Positions 1 to 15,000 of a stretch of 64,000 bases of DNA are shown in pieces. A model generated the notes under the pieces. It did not search any database. It was given only the letters and a program-made list of their open reading frames with translations, and was not told where the DNA came from. The position numbers were made by a program, and so were the translations under genes. This DNA comes from an uncultured Clostridia bacterium (GTDB lineage Bacteria > Bacillota > Clostridia > Christensenellales > UBA1242). The stretch spans positions 36,142 through 100,141 of the forward strand of contig CAKVFH010000001.1 of NCBI GenBank assembly GCA_934746515.1, read 5' to 3'. Position 1 is the first letter of the stretch; every line of letters begins with the position of its first letter.

Positions 1-3000
1 GAAATCTCATATTTCAAATATTCTTCAAAAGTCATTTTGAGCAAGAAAAACGCAAATGTCTTCGGAAATAATCTATATTCTATTGATATTTCAAGTTCTA
101 CACTTGCAAATGATATTGCAGCAATTGTTGGAACAACAGATTTTGTTTATAGTTTGGTTGGTGAAGGTGACAATCAAGTTTTGATTATCTCTTACCACAG
201 AGACCACTTGATTAAGTTGTTTGCTCACTGGACCGCAAAAACTTATACATATAGATTTTATTTTGCTTATGCAACAGATGACGATGAAAATGAAGTAAAC
301 AGCATTTCATATTCTTCAAATTCAGGCAAATATAACAACTATCAAATTGATAAGTTTGTTGATATTACAGTGTCTTATGCAGAAACAAGAACACTTTTGA
401 CATTTGAAGACTTTGCTTCGCTTATTGCAAGCAAAGGGGTTACAGTCACTGTTCCAGAGCATTATAAAGCTTATGCATGGTTTAGATGGTACAATAACTA
501 TGATAACTTATCAGAGAGCACCGACAGCAATCCTGACTATGCATTAAACTCTGAAGATTGGTATATTGATAGGGGATATTACAACTCTATTTCTAAAAAC
601 AGCAATTGGTATGATCCAACCTTTGCAAACGATGACTTGAGCGTTCTTGCAAGCGGAACATGCTTCTCTGATGTTTCATATATGGCAATTTCTGGTCTTA
701 CCCAAGAAGATTATGAAAGTTTCTATTATGATGAAGTTACAAGAACTGTTAAAAACAATTCATTTAAGTATACATCAGACTTGATTTCTAGCGACAAATT
801 TATTTCAGCTGGAACATCAATCACAAAGCATTTTGTTGGTGATGAAACATTCTTTATTTATTACATTAAAGATATTTACTATTCATCATTCTACGATTCA
901 GATGCTAACACCGTTACTGTTTATGATGAAAACAAAGTTGATAAAGGTCACTATTATGTAACAGAAACAACACCTGTTTCAAATTATCCACAACAAATTG
1001 TTGTTGCTGGTGCAAAATATGTGTTTGAATCTGTTGAAACAGCACTTTTCTATGCTTACTACATCAATGGTACAAACTATGTTACATATAACTACAAGAG
1101 CGGAAAGGTTTACACCGGAAGAATTACATCTCTTCTTTTGAAAGAAAATAACTTCTTGATTCATGACCTTGAAGCTGATCTCGTTTATGAAGGCTTAACA
1201 TACACATTCGTTAAAAATGACGAAACAACAAGATTCTATTACTACAAATCTGGCGAAAGCTATTTGACTTATGACATTGTCAACAAGAAATTGTATTCTG
1301 GCAATGATATCCTAACTCAAATTTCAAGCTATCAACTTTCTGCATTCCCACAATACATTGACTATGTTGATGGCAATAGATACACATACAATAGAATTGA
1401 TGAATCACTTAAGTTTGCTTATTATACAAGCGGTTCAAACACAATCACATTTGATTATGATTTGAGAGTTACATATAATGGCACTCACACAACAAAACAA
1501 ACTTCAAACTATGTGTTCTTGACAACAACAGACCAAAAATATCATCTTCAAAATCGTCTTTATGCTGAAGACTTTGACTGGACTTTTGATCCATTCACAG
1601 CAATTTCAGAAAATACGAGAGTTGCAAGTTGGTATAATATTATTGGTTGGTGGGTTAAGATTGATCAAACATATTCTTATGTAATAAATGATCAAACCTA
1701 TCATGTTGATGACGAACATATTGACACATCATACTTTAATAATTATGATTCAAGTTCAGGTTATTACTACCACGAATTTACTTATTCATATTCTAAATCT
1801 GACGGCACATTAGATTATGCGCACTCAAGATTCTATTACTACACTGGTGATGACGGAATTGTTCATTTCAGATTTACACATGCATTCACTGATATTTATG
1901 TTTATGCAGTTTATCAGATGGTTGAATATGATGTTAATCTTGAAATCAATGCGCCAGTTGGCTCAACATATTTTCACCAAGTTGCAATTAAAAACACAAC
2001 TATTTCAAAGGAAAACTTCGTTTTGTCAGCTGATGATTACAAAAAAGCAATCACTGATGAATTTAATGTAATCTACACATATTACTATTCAGATTTGGAA
2101 AACGGTTACATTTATTATAAATGCGGAAACAAGTTCCTTAACTATTGCATTGCGGAAGAAAAACTATATCATGGCGTGATTGACGAAAGCGCAAACATTG
2201 TTTCAGATGAAATCAATGACAAGACAATCATTTACGGCAATCAAATTAACTATTATGGTTCTTATGATTCAAACAATGCTTATGACACCTTGACAAGAAT
2301 TGATAATCCATTTGCTTACAATGAATATATTGGCGCAAGCGATTACAATGACCTTGTTACAAAAGGTGAGTATACATTAAACAGAAATGGACTTGTTGCT
2401 TACACTCCAAAATTGTTTGTTTATACTGATAGAGCTGATGCAAGATTTTTCTTCAACGATTTTGTTTACAACAGAAGCGTTACTGCTTATCAATCTTATG
2501 ATACAAACAATGTTTATTTGGTTGAAGATTTCGATGATGCTGTTGTTCAAGACAATGCAAACAATGTTACAAAAACAAACTACGCTTTAACTCAAATTCA
2601 AGACAACAATTTGATTGCATATTTAGCGCTTAATCAAGGATACAGATTGCTTGAAAATAACATTTCAGTTAGAAATGGTTCAAATCACAGTGTAATTTCG
2701 GGTGAAATTAAAAATAGAACAGAAAGATCTTATGTTGATGAAACCAATGGTCCATCAAGAGTTATTTATTATGAATATATTGCAAACGGAAAAGTTATTT
2801 ATACTTACACTGAAGAAGAGTATTACAATGCTGCAACTCAAATTTTAAGTTATAAATACATTATTTCGTTCCCAGCAATCTCTCAAGATTATGACATGAG
2901 CTGGAATGTCACAAGCTTAACCTACGATTCGCTTGACTATTCAACATCAGAAGAAAATTCAAGCTCACAAGGTTATGTTCAAAAGGGAACAGATGTTGAA

Positions 3001-6000
3001 GATACATTGGATGACCAAGTTCAACTCACCAAAAAGACTGCAGGACAATTCTATGGCAATACACAATTCATCACATTCTATCCTGCAATGAACACAAAGA
3101 ACAATTTCTTTGATCAATATGCTTATGAACTTGACTATGTTGATTCATATTTAAGTAGGATTGACTTGTCGTCAACAAACGGAAGATATACAACTCTTGC
3201 TGACAACGCACTTGTTTCAACATTCTTCACTCTTGAGTATTATCTTGACACTGCAACGCAATATCAAATTGATTTTAGAAACTTTATTGTGAAAGATGCG
3301 TCAGGCAATATCGTTAATCCTGTTGATTTGGTTGCAAACCCAACCTACAAAATTTTGATTGACAAACTCCACGCAAACCATGGCACAACATTTGCTGATT
3401 TCGAACCAGGAAATGAATATAACTATAATGTTGAAAAGGCATTCATTCTTGAATTTAATGGCCTTGAATATTACTTGTATTTGTGTCACTACACCTATGG
3501 CACACATGATTATTACACCTACATTTTGTGGGCAGATACATGTGTTAAAAATAGTGGTCTTAAAGTTTCAACAACTTTCACAGACATCAAACACAACACA
3601 ACATTCTCTTCAAGTATTGTTAATGGTTCAAATGATCTCTATAAGAGTGATGCAAGCGTTGGAACAACAATCACAAACACTTCAAAAGCTGGTGTTGCAA
3701 GCTATTCTGATTCAATGGATCAAGCAAATATTTATCCATCAGACATCAATTCTTATGTAATTCGTCCACATAACGGATATGTTATTAACACAATCACAAT
3801 CACTTATGGAAACGGACTTGCAAAAATCAACTTAAGAAGAGATGAAAATGGAAATGTAACAGGTATAGATTCATATTTATATGCAGGCAAGTATACCTAC
3901 AAATATACCTATACAAACGAAGGTTACATTGACTTTAATGGCAACACAGGTGAAAGACAAGATTACCCAACAGCAACTGAATATGATTCAGACAACGATC
4001 GTTATATCAACCAAATTTCAACCTGGATGTATTTGTTCCATGACTATGATTTCATTTCTTATGATTATAATGAAGCTACTGGTTATGTAACACTTCTTAT
4101 CTATGGTATTTATGGTGATTGTTCAATCGTTGCAACAGCTGAAAGCTATGTTTCATTCAGACTTGAAGCAAATGAACTCACAGACTTTTATGCTAAAGAC
4201 GCAGCAACCTACATTGAAAACAATTATTCAGACAGAGTTTATAAAAACTATATTCACAAACCAACAACTGTTGATGAATTTAACAACTATTTGACATTTG
4301 GTTTTGAATATTACATCGGCTTGGATGAAGATGATAACGACACCTACATCAATGGCTGGTCAAATGAAACTCTTGATAACACTGGAAAATTTGCTTATTC
4401 AAAAAATCAAATGTCAAGCTTTGTGTTCGGAAAATATATGGATGGCGAAACACCTGTATATTATTTGGAACTCATCTATATTGGAAAAGCAAAGATATTT
4501 GATGCTGGCGTCACATTTAGAACTGTAAACTATAACTATACTTATAGAATCACAGACTTCATGGTTGCAAATTTTGAAAATACTCAAAATTCTGGCAATA
4601 TTTTCACAACGAACACAACTTCTAACACAGACTTAAAAGTTGGTGATTCAACTCTTGTTGATGAGACTGCTTCAGCAGGCAAATCAAGCTATAAGTCAAT
4701 CTTTATCAATGATGTTAGAAAATTGTTCAAAAGCTCTGCGATTGACAACACAAACTATGGTGGCTACACCATGGCAAGATTCTTTGTTCAGCCAATGAGA
4801 AATAATGATGAAGACACAATCGGAACACTTGTTCATATTGATTCATACCTTTACACAAAAGGCAACAATGATGATAGACAAGCTCGTCTTGATCCACTTG
4901 CTGATAATTCTTGGTTCAATGGTCACACATTGTCAAGAATTAGACTTGATTATTATCAAGCTAACAGAGATGAAAACTTGACTCAAGTTACATACAAAGA
5001 GTTTGAAGGCAGAACAACTGAATATTTCTATGGTAACAGCTATGATATTTACTATACAGAAATTGAAGGTTACACACTTTACAAGTTTAACTATCTTGGA
5101 ACAGATTACTTCTTCGATTATGACGGAAACTTCTACACATATACAAATGCTGTTGATAAGCAAGATGGATACATCAGAACAAAAGTTGTAAATGGGGAAA
5201 CTAAAACAACTCTTCCTGACTCAATCAGAGTAAGCTATTCAAGAGCAGCTGGTTCAACTTATGGTGTGTTCAAGTTTACAATCATTGCAGACTCTAACAC
5301 ATTTAGAACAAACTTCATTAAGTTCTATTCAAAACAGAAATCTTTGGGAATTACTTATAAATTCAATAAACATGAATCTACAAGTCCTGCAAAAATTTCT
5401 GGAAGAGAATATTTGACAAATGGTTCAATTGAATCAAATGAAAGAACACAAAGTTTGTTCTTCAATGAAGTTACATTGCTTTCTGCAAACAACTATTCAA
5501 TGGTTGGTTACACATTCATGGGGTATTCGTCAGAAAATGATTGGTCAAACTTCTCACACTGGTCAAGAGTTGACAATTGGGCAATCGGCGCTGACACTGA
5601 TATCTTTAACATGGACACCAATTTGATTGGTAGAGCATTCTATAGCTATAACTTCTATATTGAAGCTATTCAATCGTTTAGCTCTGAACCAACATTTGTT
5701 TCTCACGAAACAATTGTCACAATTGATGGTGAAAATACAAATCCTTATGATTACAACTTCTACAATGTTTTGAAAGATCAAATCCATGATTCGCTATACT
5801 TCTACAACAATGTGAAATTGTATTCAGTTTGGAAAGCTAACAAATATAACATTGTGTTTGATATGAATGACTATTCAAATGTTAATCCATTAAACACAAC
5901 TGTTTCAAAAGGTTCAACAGAAGCTCAATTCAATGTTTTGAACACAAACAATGTTCAAATGAGCATTCTTAACACAGACCACTATGATGATCCATTCTAT

Positions 6001-9000
6001 TTCATTAACGACGCTACATATCAACAGGCTAATGAAAACTATGAAAATGGCTACACTGACGGCTATTATTACGATAGCACAAAAACAAGAATCAGTATGG
6101 TTGTTACATTCGATTCTAACGATTGGTATTTGGTTTATAACGGAAAGACATACAATCTTGAAGATATCTTGATTGATAGATATGGTTATTCATGGTATGG
6201 TTGGTTTGTTTCAACCGATGGCAAGCTCGATTCAAACTTTGCAAGATTCTTTAACACTGACGGCAAACTTAACTGGACAAGCGTTATTGCATCAAACAGA
6301 GTGATTGAATCAAGAACACTTGCTTCTAAAGATACTGTTGATGACAGCAATAGACTCAAATTCGATTACGATTGGATTTGCAAGACCACATTCGTTGAGC
6401 CAACATTCGATACATCTTATGAGTATCGCAAAAATAACACCGACAGAGTTGACACATTGCACAGACTTGACATTGAGTATTTGAAACTTGATGAGTCATA
6501 TAATGATGTTGACTTTGAATATACAAGAAATTACTTTAGAAACACAGAATTTGCTGGAACAAGTGAATATAGCGATGTTTATTACAATCACAATGTTTAC
6601 GGAAAGTTCAAACTCTATGCTGGTTGGCAGGCTAACACCTACACATTAGCGTATGATTATGGAACTTATGGTATTGACACTGGCAAAACCAACAAGACCG
6701 AAAATAATGATTTGATGCACAATGAAGTTGTTGTTAGTGGAAAGAGCATTTTGGCATCTGCTAAACAGCTCCGTGGAACAACATCTCCACTTCAATCAAA
6801 TTCAGGCGACTATAACACACTTATATTCGATGTTGAATACAATCCACAATATGTGACAAGAATTGGTTACACATTCATGGGTTGGAGACTTGGTTTGACA
6901 TCTGTCAATTCAGTTTCAGGATTTGCTATTGATAATTCCGATAACAGTGCTGTTACAATTGATGAAAAAGTTTCAATTGCAAGCAAGGGAAGCAAGATTT
7001 GCATCAACTATAACTCAATTATTATTGATGACGGATCTGAAACAACCGGTGTCACAACAAACTGTTATCTATACAGAGATATGTCAAATGTTGCTGGTTC
7101 TTCTGAAACTCTTGGTGCATTCGAAACCTTGGGTGACAGCGAGTCAGATTGCAATTCAACACTCAATCACTATGTTGGCATGTATGCAATGTGGAAAACA
7201 AACATCTACACTGTTAAACTTGATGTCAATGCATCAGCAAACGACACGACAACATCTAACTATTTCTTAACAAATTCGTTAGAAAGACAACCACTTGCTA
7301 GTGGAATTATTCCCGTTAATATTTATGTTATTTTTGATACTAATGTTTGGTATTATGAAACAACATCTAGCGGAATGGATTTGACAGATGTAATTCTGGA
7401 AAAATTCGGTTACTTCTTCCTTGGCTGGTATACTGATGCCGAAGCAAAAGAAGGCAGAAACATACTTTCTCAAGACACAATAAATAGTGCACATTACACT
7501 GATTTCTTGATGACTGGAACAGATTACAACTATACAAATTCATACAACACCTATCCTGATAGAATTGATGACTTTGATGTTTATATTCAAAATTCAGCAA
7601 GAACAACCGCTGTTAAGCGTTTGGCTAGCGCTCCACAAATGAGAGTTCTTGATTATGCACTCTTCAATCAATTCGTATTCAGAACTTATGGTGAAACCTC
7701 AACAAACTCAAATCTTTACACATTTGAGTCAAGACTAAAAACCGCATACTCAAAAGTAAATGGTTACACAATCACAAATGATGATAAAATGTTCACTTCA
7801 AATATTACTGATGAATATTCACTTGCATCAAGAAAAGGCAACTGGGTAGAAATCAGAAACTATAATGAATCAACAAAAACTGAAACAACAACATTTGAAA
7901 TCACCATTTATGCAAAGTGGCAGGGTATTGTTTATGAAATCAGCTTCAATGGAACATCATTCGAAGATGATAGCGGTATTGGAACAACCAAAGCTCAATA
8001 CATCACTGAAAAAAATGGTCAAACTTATAATTCAGATTCAGCAAACTGTTCGATTTATGTTATGTTTGATAGAAACCTTTATACTTCAAGTTATAACGAA
8101 ATCTGGCAAGTTGAAAGCGACTATTACGCACAAATTGCAGATAACGCAAATGATATTGAAGCAATTACTAAAGGTTTGCACTTAAATGAAATTATCAATA
8201 TTGATAGATATGGCTACACCTGGACGGGTTGGTATACAAGGGGGTATGAATACTTACCTGATCAGACATTTAATGAAGTAAGCATCAAGCATGCAACAAA
8301 CGGAACCAAATCTGAATCAATTCCTTCAGAAACTGGTGATACAAGAGTTCCAACTTATACAGTTGAACAAAATGACGGCACTAATTATTATGTTGGAAAA
8401 ATGCTTGAAACTGATAATGTTTATATGGAAACCGACGGCTTCAATCATAGATATTACAGTTCACTTATTGTTGATGGTCATGACTATTCACAAAAGACAT
8501 ATAGGTCTTCATACAGCACAAACTATGTTCCTATCACAAACTACAATAAAGCAAATTATGGAACAGCTGCATATACAAAATTCAGTTTTCCAATCTATTC
8601 AGATTTGCAAACATTTGAAACAAACAAGGAAGACAAAACTTTCACATTCACGCTTTATGCTGGTTGGGAAGCTAACACATATCAAGTTTATTATGAATCA
8701 AACAGCGACAGTAGTTATGATAACAATTGGCTTGATGGCGTAAATACTCACGGACTTCCTTATGTCAGCGGTGCAAAACTTCGTAGCGAATATAGCAATC
8801 TTGCAATTGGTTCTTCACCAGCTTACAAGATTACTGCATATAATGGCACACCATATTCAGCAACACTCCTATTCGACGGTGATTATGAAAATGGTGACAA
8901 CGAAGGTTATGTTGAATGCACAGCATGGCAAAGATTTGGCTACACATTCATTGGTTATAGCATGGGTCACGGAACCGCAACTGACACATCAAGTGCACAC

Positions 9001-12000
9001 TTCTATGCAACAGTTGATTCTGGAGCAAAGAGCACACTTGTTAAACTTGACTATTATGCCGTTGCTTTCGGAACAAACAACTATGCATCATCTGGCAGAA
9101 ATGATTACAATTATTCAAGTGTTTCTTGTCTAAATAGCGATGCTTATTTGTATGGAACTTATGATATTGCAAGCAAAGATCTTTCAGACACAACAAAACG
9201 CGATTATGAAGAGCTTGGTGACAAATATGAAACATCACTGATTTCAACTTCAACAAACAATTATTCAAATTTCCTTAACGATGGAAAGAAAACATATACT
9301 TATGCTGTTGTGTTAAACGCATTCTATAGAGCCAATGTTTATAATGTTGGTTTTGATAGCAACGATTGCACAGACGGCAGGGGTTCAACCTATGCATTCT
9401 TTAAAGATACTGATGGTTTGGATGCTACTGGAAATCCATATCCAGCAGAGCTTAAACATACATATATTGAAGAAAATTGCGATAGAAATGGTGCAATAAG
9501 CGTTACATTTGACACAGCCGACTGGTCATTTAATGCCGAAAATGGTGGATTTGCCATGAGCGACATCAGAGCTGACAGGTTTGGTTATACTTGGATGGGT
9601 TGGTATACTCGAAGCACATGTTTCAACATTGACGGAAATATTGATGATGTTTGGAAGGCATACTATTACTACTTGATTATGACTGGTAACTCTGCAGGCG
9701 AATCTGACAAGATTATGGAAAAATTCGACTATAGCTTGTTCTTGACTTACTTTGTTGATGAATCAGCTGTAACCGAAGGTAGAAATTACAGCCAAGAAAC
9801 CCACAATGATAAAATGAACATCACGTGGAATGAAAGTGAAAATAGTTTCATCGTTTCTGGTGATGCTATTATCGAGAAATATCATGAGCACTTGATTACA
9901 ATCTTCGCTGGTTGGCAAGCAAATACATATAATTTGACATACTACTACAGCGATGTTGATTCAATCAAGAACTATGATAACAACTTAAGCAATCCTTTCA
10001 CAGGCGCTACATATTCATACAGAACCAGTTCTCCAATTGAAACACTTTCAAGATATGAAGCTGGAAACTTACAAACAACTGATGACTTGACAAGACAATT
10101 CTTCAGAACTGAAATGATTTTTGATAAAGAATATTCACCAGAATTCTTAACAAGAATCGGTTACACTTTCAAGGGTTGGAGATTTGGTCTAAACTCAAGC
10201 ACAGCTAACTATAATGGCACATTTATTGAAAATCAAAGAGCTAAAAACGGAACATTTGCTTCAGGCGAGAAGATTATTCTTGATAACAACTCAATTGTGA
10301 ATGTTTTGATTGATAGTTCAGGCATCAAATATGAATGTTACCTTTATACAGACACAATTTATTCAGATATCGACATCGGAAATGACAACTATTTCAGACT
10401 TGGAAATATTGAAGAATTGGGCGACACTGACACTGAATTTAATTTCAAAATCAGTAATGATGGCGAATGCACAGGATTGAACTTTAGTGTTACAAAACAC
10501 ACAGCACAACTATTTGCTATGTGGGAAAACAATGTTTATACAGTTGAATTTAATGTAAACAGAGATTTCAACTATACAAACGATCAAACAGGTTATTTGC
10601 AAGAAGATTCAACAATCGCAAACTACTTGCACAGACTTGCATATCTTGCAACACCAACAACAATTGGTGCAAATAGACAAATCAAAACAAACTCAACTTT
10701 GCAACAACTTGGCAATGATGACAAACTTTACAACATCGGAACAGATGTGACAAGCTTGCTTTCAATTGATTTAAGTTTAAATAGAATTTATTCAACAAAA
10801 CTTATTTCATCACTTCTCACAGACCTAGACGGTGAAAACAAGTATGCTGAAAAACTTGACAGTGAAGGATTCTTGTTCTCAAGAGAAGATTTTGACAATA
10901 TTTCTCTTGACTTTGGTGATTTTAACTATAATGGAAACTACACATCAGGCGATAAGAATGGTCAAAAGTATAGTTATGTTGCTTATGTAACATTTGATAC
11001 AAACGACTGGTGGTTTGAAACAATTGACGGTTCAACAATTGAAGAAACTCTTTATTTCATGATTCTTGAAAAACTTGGTTATTATTTCAAAGGTTGGTAT
11101 GTAAACGACGATTGCAATGATAATCAAATGCTTATCAGATACTATGAAGGTGAAGGGGATCAAAACCAAATTCTTGGTTTCTTCAACATTTCAGGTGCAA
11201 TGGATAATTACACCTATCGAGAAGATACAACAGCTGATAACAAATGGTATATGTACACAAACCCAACAACAAAGGCTGTTACATCTGACCCTGATTATTC
11301 TTATTTCTACAACGAAAGAATTTCAACATTTAGTTATCTTCCACGAATCAACTATAAGTTCTACTTGCAATTTGACAAAGAAATCAAGGCAAGAGATCAA
11401 GCAGAAGATTTTACTTATGGTAAGACTACTGAAGGAACATGGTCTGAAAATAGAAAGACTGGAACTTATGGATTTACATTGTTTGCAAAATGGACAAACA
11501 AAGTTTATACAGTTGAAGATTTTGACGGCAACATGGGTAAAGGTTCAACAAATCCTAAATTCTTCATTGACAATACTCAAAGCTACACAATTTATGGTGG
11601 TGCTTGCTACGCATTCGGAACATACACCGAAGCTAACCATTCACTATCTTGGGCTGAAGCTGGTATAGAAATCAAGATTCTATTTGATAGTGACAACTTC
11701 TTTGCTGTTTATAAAAATGGCGATCAAGAAATCATTATTAACGAATATATCAACAATATCATGGTTGATAGATATGGCTACACTTGGACAGGCTGGTCTT
11801 CAAACTTGGATCTTATTGACAGAACTCAAGTTATTGATGGACACCAACCAAATGAAAAATGGACATATTCTAACGATTATGACTATGACGATGAAACAAA
11901 GAAAGCTTGCGATGCTGTTCATTTTGGATATGATATATTGCGTTATGCTCAAACAAAGAGTGAAAGCGAAAGGAAATTAACTCTCTATGCAACTTGGATT

Positions 12001-15000
12001 GCAAACACCTATGCTCTTACATTTGACTTCCGCGATTCTGTTTCAAGTGAAACTTCAAAAACTGGATCTAGTGACGCTATGTTTGGTGATAACACACTCA
12101 CAAAATATAGAAACATTGTGTTTGATATGAACTATGATGTTAAGAAATACATGTTCACTGTTAAGCGTAATGGTTACACATTTGTTGGCTGGAGATTCGG
12201 TATTATTGATGAAGAAACCAATTCAATCATTTATGGTGATAGAATTGATTCGGGCAACATTTTCTGTTTGAATAATGACAGAATTATGAATGGCGACAAT
12301 GTGCTATTATTCACAAGAGATTTCACAGGTGGTTTTGAGAATGCACTTTTGTATCAAGAAACCTATGGCGATATGGAAGGATTAAACCATCCAACAAATA
12401 TTGCTGGTGAAGGTATGGTTCACTTTGTTTATGTGTTTGCTGAATGGAGTGCAATTGAATATACAATCGAATTCTATGGAAACCGTTTATATGGTTCAAC
12501 AACACCAATCTTTAACACAAGTGGTGAGTTCAACAACGATTACTGCGACATTAGATTGTATGTAAAATTCGATTCAAATAACTATTATCTTAAAAATGAA
12601 GATGGCACTATCATCGACAACTCAATCTTCAATGTTCTTGTTGATAGATATGGCTACACTTGGACAGGTTGGTATTATATTTATGGCAACTACAAAAATG
12701 ACATAATTTATTCCGACACAACCAAGAACAGAGATTCATATTTCCATTTCAATGATGAATATATGATTATCCCTGGAACTTCAATGAGAGATGAAAACAC
12801 ATCTCCAAAAACATTTACAAACGATATCTTTAGCACTTTGTTTGGTTCAAGATCTCATGAATCTGACTTAACTGAAGATTTCACAACAATCAGATTATAT
12901 GCTGGTTGGGAAGCTAACACCTACTCAATCATCTATAACACAGCTGACGCTGGAAGTGATTTGCAATATTACAATGATGCTTATAGTCATTCAAATCTTG
13001 GCAAATCACAAAAATCAAACAAGAGTGTTGGTTCAACAAAAATCAATCTTGAACAATCATTAACTCAAATGTCTGGAAAGAATATTGCAACAATCACATT
13101 TGATGATTCAAACAATACTTCATTCTTCCAATTGATCAGATCAGGTTATATTTTCAGAGGTTGGTCACTTTATAGAAACGACACTACTTCAGGTTCTTAT
13201 GATGCAAATGATTCAAGTTTTGCACTTATGCAAAGCAACTATCAAAAACCATCACAAGTAACTGATCACTTACTTTTGAACAAAACTTATGCAACTGATG
13301 AATATGAAAACAATAAAGACACAAGTTGCACAACAACAAACGCATTTTTATACTACTTCTTGGAAGATAGTGATGAATATGTTTACGAAACATTGGGTGA
13401 CAATGAAACTGAACGCGAAAGAGTGGTTGTTTACTACGCTTGCTGGGAAGCTAGAACATATCTCGTTTCGTTCAATGTCAACAATAGCTACACAAAGATA
13501 ATGGATGATCCAAACGAAAAAGCTAGACAAATTCAGTCTTCAACAACTCCTGGACCAATCAAAAACAAGAATGATAATGTTACATACAATGTGTTCGTAA
13601 CATTTGATACAAGCGATTGGTTTGGTGTTCCTGTTGATGGCGGTGACAAGACTAGCTCAATCATTTCACTTCTTTATGTTGAAAAACTTGGCTATTCATG
13701 GCTGGGTTGGTACACAACGCCAACACTTAATTGTGATACCGATGACGGAAGCTATATTTCATCAAAAGTATATGATGCACTCACCGGCGAAACTGGTGAA
13801 ACACTTTTGACTTTGGATGCTAACACATTCTACAATGTTGCACAATACAGTTCAGAGTATGACGGATACATTGCTAACAATGGTTACAATGCAACCGAAA
13901 AACAATGCTACCATTCAGGCACAATCACATTGTTTGCTGGATGGCAACAAAACACTTATCAAGTTGAAGTTATTTCCCGTGATTCAAACACTGTTGGAAG
14001 CACTGGTGCAATCAACTGGAGCATCGGTTCAACACCTGCATTCTTCAGAGATAATGCAACAGGTCTTTACAACGAAACTTACTATAACGGCGAAGATAAA
14101 CCACTTTATCTATTAAATGTTTATTTTGATAGCAATGAGTTCTATATAACAAAACTTATTGATGGGGAATATGTTCAAATCAATAAAACTGTTGCTGACG
14201 GAACAGAAAGATACAATTTGTATTATTTGCTTCTTGATAGATACGGCTACAGATGGAATGGTTTCTACTACGATCTTGAAGGTCTCGCTCAAAACCAAAT
14301 CGTTCCTGGACACACATCGGTTGGTTTAAGTGATTCTCCAAACTCTTATATTTCTAGTGGCGCTATTGCAATGTTTACAAACAGAACATATCAAGTTGCT
14401 AGCAGATATTATAGTGACATCGAAACAGATAAGAAATTCTACATTTTCGCATCTTGGGTTGCTAATGAATATAGCTTGATTTACGATTATCGTGATGCAA
14501 GCGAAAATTCAGTAAATGGAAACCTTGGTTCGACAAATGCAAGCATTATCACAACCGATTTCACTCAAAAGATTTTGTTCGATAACACAAGAACAACACT
14601 TGGTTCACAGCTTTACTATTATCAAGTTAAAGCAAGTAGAATCGGTTACGATTTCTTGGGTTGGAACTTAAACACAGCAATGTTCAACGACGCAAGCTAC
14701 AACGGAAATTATCCAGCAACATATTCAGTTGTTGATAATTTTGGAAATGTGAACGACGACTTCTTCTTGAGAATGAACAACGACTTCATGAGTTACGACA
14801 ACAAAATGATGCTTTATAGTCAATATTCTTCAGACAGCACAAACTCTGTTGAAACACTGGGTGACACAGAAAATGAACACTATATTGCTTTAATTGCTGT
14901 TTGGGTTGCTAGAGAATATAAACTCATTTTAAACGGAAACGACTCGTCAGAGAACAATGGTTCAACAAGCGTTGAATACAAAAACCCTGACAATGAAAAT

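Noticed and set aside
37-39. TTG at 37 offered by the ORF track as the start of the 7,445-aa ORF
   Set aside because: The same frame is open back to nt 1 (EISYFKYSSKVI). No SD or promoter precedes it. The first residues already look like the end of a repeat module (LFAHWTAKTYTYRFY). It is simply the first start-like codon in a 5'-truncated ORF.
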